From positions 1 through 55,294 of the forward strand of contig NW_024705310.1 in NCBI RefSeq assembly GCF_018977255.1: 55,294 bases of DNA, in the 5' to 3' direction. This DNA is from Callorhinchus milii. Its lineage: Eukaryota. This document shows, one piece after another, positions 1 to 11,381 of the stretch. The notes under the pieces were generated by a model. That model did no database searches. It had not been told where the DNA came from and saw only the letters and a list, made by a program, of their open reading frames with translations. A program made the translations under genes and the position numbers. Position 1 is the stretch's first letter, and every line of letters starts with the position of its first letter.

Positions 1-181
1 ACAGCGGAGAGAAGGGAAATGTGATCAGTTGGCCTTATTGCTGGTAGACTTGAGAACAGACATCACCCACCACCCTGTTTATCTATTGTTCTGATTCTGT
101 TTGTCGTTAAATTGCAGAGTTTCAGTAATCTTTTGAGCACTTTCTAACTGGTGTCTTTTTCTGCCGACATTGTGATGACAG

Positions 182-287
182 ACAGGACGTTGCCTTTTTC
201 GATGCCAGTAAAACAGGACAGCTGGTCAGCCGACTAACCACTGACATCCAAGACTTCAAATCATCTTTCAAATTGGTCATCGCTCAG
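182..287 (+). CDS. ABCB8: ABCB8 coding exon (first in window; gene 5' end lies upstream)
   Basis: After acceptor gacag, a phase-2 start gives (R)[35 protein letters not shown], then donor gtcagc. This closely matches the ABCB8 transmembrane-domain segment [35 protein letters not shown] as I recall it. 106 nt. Confidence 0.92.
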
Positions 288-1186
288 GTCAGCAGTATTC
301 ACATCATCTAAAGAGGGACAGAGAGGGCTCACAAAGGAATCCTCAACAATGCCAAATCACACATTGTTTATTAGATTAAATCAGGCAGGAAAAGGATATT
401 CCTTTGTTTTGATATTGGGGAACATTGTGTTGAAGGGTCAATCAAGACTCAAGAAACCTCTTCTTTGCAAAGTCATTTCTTTTCAACAAATATTTCCGAC
501 TATCCTTCTGCCCAACTTGATAACTATAAACTATAAACTGCATCTTTAAACTGTCCGTAGCCACATGTCTCAGCATGTACATATGTATGTATGTTTACCA
601 TGTATTACTCTTCCTAATTTAGTCTTACCTCCAATTTTAGATTCTTTGACAGGTGCCAATCTGCAAATCATTTATAAAAAAATTAATAATAATACTGAAT
701 TGCCACGTGTTAATGATTCTGTGATGGGGAGACGGTAGGTATGTGTTCTGGAAGTATAGGATCAAATCAGCCAAAGTGTCTTCTTTTCCCACAAGGTGTT
801 AGGCTTACACCAGTGTCTGTGGTTGAACAGTTTTTTCTTAGAATCTTGTTTAAAGATGGGATTTACAATTACTATTTACCAATCCTCTGGAATTTGAGCT
901 CTGAAGAATATCTAGGAGGGAATGGCTGATTACTGTACATACTGTTGGAATATAACAACATAAGAAATTTATAATGGAATATTATTCAGGATTATGTTAT
1001 GCGAATATGTATAAAATGGTCTGTTTCTGTGCTATACAGTGTTTGGATCTGCACTTAATTTAAGAACTTTCATTTATATATTATCTTTCTCTGTTATTAC
1101 CAAAACGTATAACTTTACATTTCTTTACAGTAAGCTGCGAGTATTGAGGCAATCTTGTGCTTAAAGTGATTGGTTTTGCTTTCTAG

Positions 1187-1348
1187 GGACTGAGGAGTGC
1201 CACACAAACCCTTGGCTGCCTGGTGTCTCTATATTTTGTTTCACCAAAACTCACCGGGCTGCTTGTGGTGGTGATGCCAGTATTGGTTGGTACCGGAGCA
1301 TTACTGGGCTCTTCCCTTCGCAAGCTCTCACGAACAGCACAGGAACAG
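1187..1348 (+). CDS. ABCB8: ABCB8 coding exon
   Basis: ttctag|GGA...GAACAG|gtttgc, 162 nt, phase 0/0. [54 protein letters not shown]; the latter part is seen in ORF 1223..1723. Confidence 0.93.
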
Positions 1349-1385
1349 GTTTGCAAACACACTTCTTGGTTAGAATCCTGTAGCT

Positions 1386-1790
1386 CAACAACAACAACGA
1401 CAAGATTACATTTGTATAGCGCCTTTCACGTCGGGAGAATGTCCCAAGGCGCTGGACAGTGTACAGCATTTCAGACCCGAGTTGGGGTCGGGGAGAAGGG
1501 AGGGGAAGGGGGGTGGCCGATGGCATGGTCGAAGAGGAGGGTCTTGAGGCGGGACTTGAAGGCTAAGGAGGGGGTGAGACGGAGTGACTCGGGGATGGAA
1601 TTCCAGCGGTTGGGGGCAGAGTGGCTGAAGGCTCTCCCACCAATGGTGGGGAGGGTGGGTTGGGGGACGTGGAGCAGCCAGAGCCGGCTGAGCGGAGGGA
1701 GCGGGCGACTTGGTAGGAGTTAGGAGGTCACAGAGGTAGGGTGGGGCGAGGCCATGGAGGGCTTTGTAGGTGAGGACCAGGATCTTGAAC
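1386..1790 (-). mobile_element. L2 LINE 3' fragment
   Basis: Minus strand encodes FKILVLTYKALHGLAPPYLCDLL (L2 ORF2 C-terminus), followed by the 3' UTR and a (GTT)n tail (acaacaac on +). Same subfamily as 8895-9648 and 29570-30358. Confidence 0.85.
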
Positions 1791-1870
1791 AAGGTTTTGC
1801 TCTGCCCGGGAATCAAACCCAGGTTCTTTCGCTTGCGTGGCGAGGGCTCTAACCAATACACTACAGGATC
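1791..1870 (-). mobile_element. tRNA-derived SINE head
   Basis: Reverse complement gatcctgtagtgtattggttagagccctcg...ctgggtttgattcccgggcagag has A-box and B-box and matches the SINE heads at ~7040 and 21354. Confidence 0.75.
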
Positions 1871-1985
1871 TCTTGTGTCTCCGCATTTTTTTGTCTTGGA
1901 AACAGCAACCTGTATATAGCACAGGGTTCCTCTGATGTCTGCTTAACATGTAACTTGTGTGATACTCGTATCCTTTTTCCTGCAG

Positions 1986-2071
1986 GTGGCGAAGGCAACT
2001 GGTGTGGCTGATGAGGCGCTTGGAAATGTCCGAACTGTGAAGGCATTTGCAATGGAAGACAAAGAAATTCT
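1986..2071 (+). CDS. ABCB8: ABCB8 coding exon
   Basis: ttttcctgcag|GTG...ATTCT|gtaagt, 86 nt. [28 protein letters not shown](L), the typical ABCB 'EALGNVRTV' motif. Confidence 0.94.
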
Positions 2072-2133
2072 GTAAGTGCAACAAATGCTCCATAAATTTA
2101 TAACTGATAAATAATCCTTGCTTATCACATTTA

Positions 2134-2200
2134 AACAATAACAACAATTTGTATTTATATAGTGCCTTTCATGTACATCTCAAAGCTCTTTACAAAGATT
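2134..2200 (-). mobile_element. Short L2/SINE 3' tail remnant
   Basis: aacaataacaacaatttgtatttatatagtgcctttca is the reverse complement of the shared ...aaaggcactatataaatacaaa(ttg)n tail. Confidence 0.55.
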
Positions 2201-2254
2201 GTGTGGCAGATCAAGCTGTAAGCTCTGGGACAATACCTCGTGTCATATTGTTAT

Positions 2255-2498
2255 TGTAAGGTTGAAGGAGTAGAGGAGAGATGGAATGCATTGCCCGAAA
2301 GGGAGGTCGAGGCCGATTCGATAACTACTTTTAAAAACACGGTGGACGGGTATTTGAGGAGGACGGGTTTGCAGGTTATGGGGAAAGGGCTGGGGAGTGG
2401 GACTGACATTAATTGCTCTATTCAAAGAGCCACACAGACTCGATGGGGCGAATGGACTCTTCTTGTGCTGTACAATTCTATGATTCTATGATTCTATG
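2255..2498 (+). mobile_element. CR1 LINE 3' end fragment
   Basis: WNALPEREVEADSITTFKNTVDGYL (CR1 ORF2 C-terminus) followed by an (ATTCTATG)n tail. Confidence 0.8.
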
Positions 2499-2540
2499 GT
2501 TGAAGATATCTACACACATATATATGTATACATACACACA

Positions 2541-3636
2541 CAGTGGAATCTGCTTTAGCCGGACCCCAGTTAACCCCACACACCGGGTAAATCAAATAAA
2601 TCCCCCAACCACGACTCATTTGTATTGTTACCTGTTTTAAATTCACTGGTTGATTCTGACAAAAATTAGCTTAAAATGACCGTGCTGGTTACCCTGATTG
2701 TATTCACTGTGTGTCGGTGTGTCCAGAGGCTCCGTTCAGCCATGAGCGGCTCCGGGGTGGAGGTGGGAGGAGACTAAGATTGATTGACAGTGGACTCCAG
2801 CCATTCACAAGCAGCTGGAGTTGGGCAGAGGAATAGGAAAGAACAAAGGAAAGAATGGGAGGAGATTGCCGGGCGGAGCCGCTTGTGACTGGGGCAGTCT
2901 ATCAATTCACAAGCGTCTCCAAGGATGTGAATCACCTCTGCAAGGGTTCATTTAAATTTGTGACCCTGTGGTGAAGTAAGGACTGACACAAACGTTGTAC
3001 ACAAATATAGATGTTTATTAATTCAGATGAATAATAATTATGAGTAATCAAAAGAATACATCACAATAATGCTTACATATCCACGTATAGCTCACAACAA
3101 TTTAAGTTGATCTAATCAAATGCTGTGGAAGAGATAAGAGTAGCAATGTCCAATTTAATGTGTCTTTTTAATCCAAATATATATGTCCATCCAAGGGTAT
3201 CCAACTATTGTTGTACGTTTCTCAGTTCGATTACCCAAAAGTGTCCAGGTATTGTGGCACATCCAATTTGATCCCTCTCTCCTTCAATTCTTTCTTCTGA
3301 TTCTCTTCCGAATCGATCTCTGTTTATACAGCTCGTTAAGATGACCTATCACTAGTCTTTTGTTTGTTCTCCGAAGCTAGTCACAACCAGCTTCCATCGT
3401 ATGAGATTGACCATATGTCTCAAATAAACATCGCAAATATTGTATTTAACACATTAATTACAGAATCTTACACTTTGGAGCCATTGCTAATTGTCATCCA
3501 ATGGGAACCGCAATGGGAGGGTGGAAGCGCCACTCCTCTGCTGGGCAGGAAGAGGTGAGACAACTTCAGCTAACCTCGGATTCCACTTAAGCCGGACAAA
3601 ATAGTCCAATGTGTCTGGTTTAACAGGTTTCTGCTG
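2541..3636. mobile_element. Non-autonomous Tigger/pogo-like DNA transposon
   Basis: Imperfect terminal inverted repeats: cagtggaatctgctttagccggac on the left versus the reverse complement of gtctggtttaacaggtttctgctg on the right. Subterminal ttaagccggac repeat at ~3587; sits in a TA/CA-rich site. No transposase ORF. Confidence 0.55.
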
Positions 3637-3730
3637 TGTGTGTATATGTCATAGAATCATAGAATTTTACAGCACAGAAGGAGGCCATTCGGCCCATCGT
3701 GTCTGCCGGTCTTTGAAAAGATCTTCCAAT

Positions 3731-3935
3731 TCAACCCCACTCCCCCACTCTCTCCCCATAGCCTTGATCAACCCCACTGTCTCCCCATAGCCCTGACCAA
3801 CCCCACTCCCCCACTCTCTCCCCATAGCCCTGATCAGCCCCAGTCCCCCGCTCTCTCCCCGTAGCCCTGATCAACCCCACTCCCCTGCTCTCTCCCCATA
3901 GCCCTGATCAACCCCACTTCCCCGCTCTCTCCCAT
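3731..3935. repeat. ~37-bp tandem repeat inside the CR1 3' UTR
   Basis: Unit caaccccactcccccactctctccccatagccctgat, about 5-6 copies. Confidence 0.85.
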
Positions 3936-5806
3936 TAATCCTGCAAACTTGTCCTCCCCAAATAATTATCTCCTCTTAATTTTGTTATCGAATTGGCTTC
4001 CACCAGCCTTTCAGGCAACACATTCCAGATCCCAACAACTCGCTGTGTGAAGACATTTCCCCTCCCCTCTGTTTCTTTTAACAACTATTTTCAATCGGTT
4101 TCTCCCTGTTCACCCTATCGAATCCCCTCATAGTGAAAACTTCTATTAAGTCTCTGCTTAACCTTCTCTGCCCCAAGGAGAATAATCCTCGCTTCTCTCG
4201 CCTCTCCTGATAACTGAAGTCCCTCATTCCTGGTGCCATTCTGGTCAATCTCCTTTGCACCCTCTCCAATGCCTTGAATCCTTCCTAAAGTGTGGGGCCC
4301 AGAACTGAACCCAGTCTCTCGCTGAGGCCTCACCAGTGTTTTATATAAAGGTTCATCAGAACTTCCTGACTGTTGTATTCTATGCCCCTATTTATAAAGC
4401 CTATTATCGTGTAAGTTTTTTTTAACAGCTGTATCTCCCTGTCCGGCCACCTTCAAAGATTTACTGTATGACCCCCAGGTCTCTCTGTCCCTTCACCCCC
4501 TTTAAGATTGGACCATCAGCGTATATTGCCTCTCCTCATTCTTCCTCCCAAAAGGCATCACTTCGCATTTCTCCACATTAAACGTCATTGCCCCGTGTCT
4601 GCCCACGTTACCAGTCTGTCTATGTCCTCTTGCAGTCTGTTACTATCCTCCTCACTGTTTACTGCTTTTCCTAACTTAGTATCATCTGCAAACTTGGGAA
4701 TTGTCCTCCCTATACCCAAGTCCAGGACATTCATATAGATCACAAACAGCAGTGGCCCCAACACTGACCCCGGGGGACACCACTGCACTTCCCTCCAGTC
4801 ACCAGCACTCTCTGCTCTCGGTCTCCGCTGCCGCTGTCCCTTTAATACCGGGGACTGCTATTTTGCTACAAGTCTCTTATGTGGCACTTTATCAAATGCC
4901 TTTTGAAACTCCATATAAACCACATCAACTGCACTGCCTTCATCCACCCTCTCCGTTACTGCATCAAAAAACTATCCGGTTTGTTAGACACAATTCCATG
5001 TTGACTGTCCTTTATTAACCCATATTTTACTAAGTGAAAATTTATTTTGTCCCAGATTAGTCTCTGGAAGTTTCCCCACTGCTGACGTTAGGCTGACTGG
5101 TCTGTCGTTCTTGGGTTTATCCTTTTGTCTCTTTTTGTACAGGGAGTAACATTTGCAGCTCTCCAGTCCTCTGGCACCACCCGGTGTCCAAGGAGGATTG
5201 AAAGATTGTGGCCGGAGCCTCCGTTATTTCCAGCCTTACTTCCCTCAGTAACCTGGGATGCATCCCGTCCGGACCGGGTGACTTATCTACCTTGAGCACC
5301 GACAAACTTTTTAGTCCCTCCTCTCGGTTTATTTTTATCCCATTTCTCTCCTCCTTTACTGTGGCATTGGCTCCATCCTCTTCTTTTGTGAAGACAGATG
5401 CAAAGTCCTCATTCAGTACATCAGCCGATGCCCTCTGCCTCCACAAGATTTCTTTTTTGTTCGCTAATTGGACCCACCCTATCTTTGACTGACCTTTTGT
5501 TCTTTGTATTCTTATAAAATACCTTAGGGTTCCCTTTTATATTACCCACTAATCTTTCTTATACACTCTCTTTGCCCCTTTTATTTCCTTTATCAGTTCT
5601 CTCTGTACTTTCTATATTCTATTTGATTATCTTCTGCATGTTGGACCTGACTTTTATCATAAACTTCCTTTTTCTGTTTTATTTTAATCCCAATTTCCTT
5701 ATTTATCCAGGGAGGTTTGGATGCCCTACTTTTCCCCTTTGTGGGAATGTATTTGTTCTGTCCCCAAACTATCTCCTTGAAGGCTTCCCATTGCTTTAGC
5801 TGTTTT

Positions 5807-6000
5807 AATAATAATAATTCTTGCATTTGATATAGCGCTGTTCACATCTTCTCGACGTCTCACAGAATAGACTGTAAAGTGAATTGACCGTATATTTGTG
5901 GGCGAAATGCAGCAGCCAATTGCGCACAGCAGTGTCCCACAAACAATCGTGGATTGAAAATGACCCATTTACTATTGTTTTGTTTTGGAGGGATTATTAT
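5807..6000 (-). mobile_element. SINE 3' half inserted in the CR1
   Basis: (AAT)n tail plus cttgcatttgatatagcgct...gcagccaattgcgcacagcagtgtcccacaaaca; nearly identical to 6722-6925. Confidence 0.8.
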
Positions 6001-6315
6001 GTTTTACCTGCCAATCTTTCTTTTCAGGTCTTTTTTTGGCTAGGTCCCTTTTTAACTCATTGAAATTAGCCCTCTTCCGGTTGAGTATCTTCACCTTTGA
6101 TTGTTCCTTGACCCTTTCCATAAATACTCTAAACTTATTGATGATGTTGACCAGATGCTCTCCCACTGAAACCTGCTCCACTTGCCCCACTTCATTCCCC
6201 AAAACTAGATCCAGCACTGCTTCCTTTCTCGTTGGGCTGGAAACTTACTGATCCAGAAAGTTCTCCTGCACACATTTCAGGAATCCTTCCCCCTCCTTGC
6301 CCTTTACACTGTTAT

Positions 6316-6716
6316 TCTGGCTGTCCCAGAGAGGATCGACTTCAAGATCCTCACCCTTGTCTTCAAATCCCTCCACTCATCTGCACCCCCGACCTCTCTG
6401 ACCTCCTCTCTCCTCAAAACATTACCCGTTGCCTTCATTCCTCCGGGTCTTGTCCCCCAAATCCTCTGCTCCACTCTCGACGGCCGTGCCTTCAGCCACT
6501 ATGCACCGAGCTTCTGGAATTCCCTTCCTCACTCCCTTCGCCTCGCCCCCTCTCTTCCTATTTTCAGGTCTCTGCTGAAGACCTTTCTCTTTGACCGCGC
6601 CTTTGGTTACCTTCCTCCCCCTTCTTCTGGCTTGGCGCTGGGATCCGTTACTGTAAAGCGCTCTGAGACACCGTCTGGCGTGGAAGGTGCTATATAAATC
6701 CAAGTTGTTGTTGTTA
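6316..6716 (+). mobile_element. L2 LINE 3' fragment
   Basis: ctggctgtcccagagaggatcgacttcaagatcctc..., ending gctatataaatccaa(gtt)n. Same subfamily as 12440-12856. Confidence 0.85.
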
Positions 6717-7040
6717 TATAATAATAATAATAATCCTTGCATTTGATATAGCGCTTTTCACGTCGGGAGGACGTCCCAAAGCGCTTCACAGAACACACTG
6801 TAAAGTGAATTGACTGTATATTTGTGGGCGAACGCGGCAGCCAATTGCGCACAGCAATGTTCCACAAACAGTCGTAGATTGAAAATGACCAATTTATTAT
6901 TGTTTTGGTTTTGGAGGGATTATTATTAGGCTCTGTGTGGAGTAAGGAAACTTGCCCAAGGTTTCGCCCTCTGCCGGGAATTGAACCCAGGTCTCTCACT
7001 TGCAAAGCGAGTGCTCTAACCACTGAGCTACAGGACTCCA
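6717..7040 (-). mobile_element. tRNA-derived SINE with L2-type tail
   Basis: Reverse-complement head gagtcctgtagctcagtggttagagcactcgctttgcaagtgagagacctgggttcaattcccggc (A/B boxes, TGC anticodon-like loop), Deu-type 3' region and (ATT)n tail. Confidence 0.88.
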
Positions 7041-7139
7041 CGAGTTATGTTAGGATAATTGAAGTCCCGCATATCATGACTTCATTGGTTTTGCACCGTT
7101 ACGAAATCTGCTGCAGATTTGCTTGTCTATCACTATAGT

Positions 7140-7520
7140 GGAATTTAAAAGTAGAGGGAAGGGATGCGGTGGAGAGATTTTGGAAGAAAGTTCCAATGGT
7201 TGGGGGCAAAGTTGTTGAAAGCTCTGTTGCTGATGGTGGGCGGAGCCAGTGGGGGTCATGAAGCAGGTCAGGCAGCAGCAGTGCTGGAGCAGTAAGATGG
7301 GAAGGTTGGGATGCTATGGAGCCATTTGACAGGAAAGATGAGAATGTTGATCCGTTGGAGTATAAGGAACGAGGATGGGGTGATGGGTTCTTGGAGACTG
7401 TGTGCGAGAAGGTGCGATGTGTAGATCCTGATGATGTGGACGGTAGAACTGAGGAAGCTGGCAGGCACAGGTTATTGGCAGAAGTTTAGACTGCAAGTGA
7501 TAAAGATGTGCATGAGGGTT
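7140..7520 (-). mobile_element. Old degenerate L2 3' fragment
   Basis: Purine-rich + strand resembles the reverse complement of L2 3' segments elsewhere in the window (agttccaatggttgggggcaaagttgttgaaagctct). Confidence 0.5.
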
Positions 7521-7549
7521 CTCTACTCATTAAGCAACAATTTGCATTG

Positions 7550-7815
7550 TTAGAGTGGTCATTCTTCAGACGAGATATTTGCCTGTTCAGGTGAACATTA
7601 AAGACCCCATTGGCACTGTTCAAAAGAAAAAAGAGATTTCCCCTAGTGTCTTGGCCAACATTGCAATCCCTTCCAAAAATAAAATCATTAACTTCATGGA
7701 GGTATGTGGGAAATTACTCAATTTAGCAGCTACAATCACCCACAAAAGTCTCAAAAGATTTAACAGTAAAATCCTACACCTTCATTTTGAAGCATTTCAA
7801 CAAAGTTATGAACAT
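7550..7815 (+). mobile_element. Diverged Deu-domain SINE (AmnSINE1/SacSINE1-like)
   Basis: tcttcagacgagatatt...caggtgaacattaaagaccccattggcactgttcaaaaga...ttcccctagtgtcttggccaacatt resembles the conserved DeuSINE central domain, from memory of the consensus. Confidence 0.55.
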
Positions 7816-8894
7816 TGAAATAATGCATCAATTATTATTTTTACCTCTGATAATGCAGCACACCTTCCAGTAATGCCAGTCAGCCTATACTGCAAGATCC
7901 AATGTGGGGCCTAAAGCCACAGCCTTTTGTCTGATTGGTTGATGACTGGGTGTGTGGTCTAATTGGCTGGTGGCAGGGTGGGTGGTCTGATTGGCTGGTG
8001 GCTGGGCAGGTGGGTGGTCTGATTGGCTGGTGGCTGGGCAGGTGGGTGGTCTGATTGGCTGGTGGCTGGGCAGCTGGTTTGTCTCTGTCTGGTGGCTGTT
8101 TGGGTGGTATGATTGGCTGGCAGCTTGATGGGTGGTCTGATTGGCTAATGACTGTGCAGGTGGGTGATCTGATGGGTTGGTGGGTGGTCTGATTGGCTGG
8201 CGGCTGGGTGGGTATGTGGTCTGATTGGCTGGTGTGAGCGGGTGGGTGGTCTGATTGGCTGGTGGCTGGACAGGTGTGTGGTCTGATTGGCTGGTGGTTG
8301 GGCAGGTGGTTTGATTGGCTGGTGGCTGGGCAGGTGGGTGGTCTGATTGGTTGGTGGCTTCACGGTAGGTCTGATCGGCTGGGCGGGTGGGTGCCCTGAT
8401 TGACTGGTGGCTGGGCAGGTGGATTGGCTGGTGGTTGGGTGGGTGGGTGATCTGATTGTCTGGTGGGTAGACGCGAGGTCTGAATGGCTGGTGGCTGGGT
8501 GGGGGCTTCTGATTGGCTGGTGGCTGGGCTGGCGAGAGGTCTGATTGGACGGAGGCTGAATAGGTGTGTGGTCTGATTGGCTGATTGCTGGGCGGGAGCT
8601 CTGATTGGCTGGCGGCTGGACGGGAGCTCTGATTGGCTGGTGGCTGGGCGGATGTGTGTTCTGTTTGACAAGTGGCTTGGTGGGTGGGTGATTTGATTGG
8701 TGGATTGGTGGGTGGGTGGTCTGATTAGCTGGTGGCTCGGCGAGTGGGTGTTCTGATTGGTTGGTGGCTGGGTGAGTGCGTGGTCTAGTTGGCTGGTGGC
8801 TTCGCGAGTGGTGGTCTCACTGGTAGGCAACTTAATGTGTGGTCTGATTGGCTGGTGACTGTGCGGATGTGTGGTATGATTGGTTGGTCGTTGG

Positions 8895-9648
8895 GCGCCT
8901 CTGCACTTCAGGCTCTGGCAGCATCAACCTCCATGGTTGCACACTTCAACTCCCCAGCCAGTCAGGAACCTCAGTGTCTTGTTCGGCCTTCAACTGTCTT
9001 TTCTTCCTCACATCCAAGCCATGACCGCTCTGCCTTCCCTCACCTCCGCAACATCGCCTGACTCCACCACTACCACCCCATAGGCCGCTGAAACTCTTGT
9101 TCATGCCTTCATCACCTCCAGGCTCGACTATGCAAACCCCCTGCTTGTCGGCCTTCCCAACTCCTCCCTCCACAGGCTGCAGATAATCCAGAACTCTGTA
9201 GCCCGTGTCCTCTCCCGCACCAAACTCCGTGACCCCATCTCCCCCACTCTCGCCCGACTCCATTTGCTCCCTATCCTTCAGAGGATCCAGTTCAAGATCC
9301 TGGTCCTCACATACAAAGTCCTTCGTGGCCTCTCCCCACCCTACCTCTGTGACCTCCTAACCTCCTACCAATCCGTCCGCTCCCTCCGCTCAGCCGGCTC
9401 TGGCTGCTCCACATCCCCAGACCCACCATTGGTGGGAGAGCCTTCGGCCACTAAGCCCCGAACCTCTGGAACTCCATCCCCCCGTCACGCTGCCTTGGCC
9501 CCTCCTTAGCCTCCTTCAAGTCTCGCCTCAAGACCCTCCTGTTTGACTATGCCATCATCCACCCCCCTTCCCCTCCCATCTCCCTCCTGACCCCAACTCG
9601 GGTCTGAAATGCTGTCACTGTCCAGAGCCTTGGGACGTCCTCCCAACG
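8895..9648 (+). mobile_element. L2 LINE fragment in the minisatellite
   Basis: [48 protein letters not shown]. The 3' end stops within the terminal stem-loop and has no tail. Confidence 0.88.
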
Positions 9649-10841
9649 TTTTGATTGGCTGGTGGCTGAGCGGGTGGGTCGTCTGATTGGCTGGTGGCTG
9701 GATGGGTGGTCTGATTGACAGGCAGCTTGCTGGGTGGTTTGGTTGGCTGGTAGCTGGGTGGGTGTGTCGTATGATTGGTTGAGGGCAAATTTCCTACAGT
9801 TGAATGTGAACAAGACTGGGCAGGTGTGTGGTCTGATTGGCTGGTGGCTCTGCGTGTGTGTGGTCTGATTGGCTGGTTTCTGGGTGGGTGGTATGATTGG
9901 CTGGCAGCTTCATTGGTGGTCTCGTTGGCTAATGGCTATCCAGGTGGGTGATCTGATGGGTGGGTGGGTGATCTGATTCGCTGGCGGCTTGATGGGTGGT
10001 CTGCTTGGCTGGCGGCTGGGCGGGTCTGTGGTCTGATTGGCTGGTGTGAACAGTTGTGTTGTTTGATTGGCCTGGTGGCTGGGCGGGTGGGTGGTCTGAT
10101 TGGTGGGTAGGTGGTCTGATTGGCTGGTGATTGGGCGTATGGTCTGATTGGATGGTGACTCCACGGTAGATCTGATTGGCTGAGCGGGTGGGTGGTCTGT
10201 TTGGCTGGTGGCTGGGCAGGTGGGTGGACTGATTAGCCGGTGGGTTGGCGGGAGGTCTGAATGGCTTGTGGGTGGGTGATTCTGGTTGGCTGGTGGTCGG
10301 GCTGGCGGGAGGTCTGATTGGCTGCAGGCTGGGCTTGAATGGCTCGTGGCTCGCCTGGGAGTCTGATTAGCCGGAGGCTGGCCGGGCGGGAGGACTGAAT
10401 GGCTCGTGGCTGGGTGGGCGGAAAGTCTGATTGGCTGGTGGCTGGGCGGGTTTGTGGTTTGATTGGCTGGTTGCTGGGCAGGAGGTCTGATTGGCTGGTG
10501 GCTCGGTTGGTTGGTGGTCTAATTGGCTGGTAGATGGGTGATGGGTGGGCAGGGCATCTGAATTGCTGGGGCGGGGGATTCTGATTGGCTGGTGGCTGGC
10601 CTGACGGCCTGGCCTGGTGGAAAGTCTGATTGGCTGGTGGCTGGACGGGCAGGAGGTCTGTTTGACTGGTGGCTGGGCGGGTATGTGGTCTGATTGGCTG
10701 ATGGCTCAGTGGATGGGTGGTCTGGTTGGTTGGTGGCTGGGCAGGTAGTTGGTCTGATTGGCTGGCGGCTGGGTGGTCTGATTGGCTGATAGTTTGGTGG
10801 GTGGTCTGACTGGCAGGCTGCTGGGTGTGTGTGTGGTATGA

Positions 10842-11292
10842 TAACATAACATGTAGGAGCAGGAGGAGGCCATTCGGCCCTTCTAGCCTGCCCTGCCATT
10901 CAATCATGGCTGATCTTCTAATCTAACTCCAGCTAATAACCTGACCCCGCCTCACCCCCATATCCCTTAATCCCTTTTGCAATAAGAAATCTATCTATCT
11001 CAGTCTTGAATATGTTCAAGGACTGAGCGTCAACAGCCCTTTGGGGTAGTGAGTTCCATACATTCACTGCCCTTTGAGTGAAGAAGTTCTTCCTCAACTC
11101 AGTGCGAAAGGGCTGCCTCTGATTTTAAGGTTGTGACCCCTGGTTTTAGTTTCTCCAAACAGGGGACACAATCTCCCACTATCTACTCTATCATTGCCCT
11201 TTGATGATCTTATAGGTTTCTATAAGAGCCCCTCTAATTCTTCTATATTCCAGAGAATATAGCCCCAAATTGGTCAGCCTATCCTCGTAACT
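10842..11292 (-). mobile_element. CR1 LINE 3' fragment in the minisatellite
   Basis: (AACAT)n tail followed by gtaggagcaggaggaggccattcggccc, the CR1 3' end on the minus strand; tgat on both flanks. Confidence 0.8.
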
Positions 11293-11381
11293 TGATTGGC
11301 TGGTGGCTGGGGCGGGTGTTTGTCTGATTGGCTGGTGGCTCGGCTGGTGGGTGCTCTGATTGGTTGGTGGCTGGGTGGTCT

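Larger units (their letters stand above)
3650..6300 (-). mobile_element. CR1 LINE, 5'-truncated and frameshifted
   Basis: Minus-strand RT fragments: LDLVLGNEVGQVE, KSPGPDGMHPRLLRE, GSVLGPLLFVIY..KFADDTKLG, ERVQRRLTRM. (CATAGAAT)n tail at 3650-3665. Confidence 0.92.

Noticed and set aside
6965..7040. tRNA-Ala-like genes here, at 21354-21425 and at 1791-1870
   Set aside because: The acceptor stem does not pair properly and the sequence continues into a SINE body and tail present in several copies. These are SINE heads, not tRNA genes.
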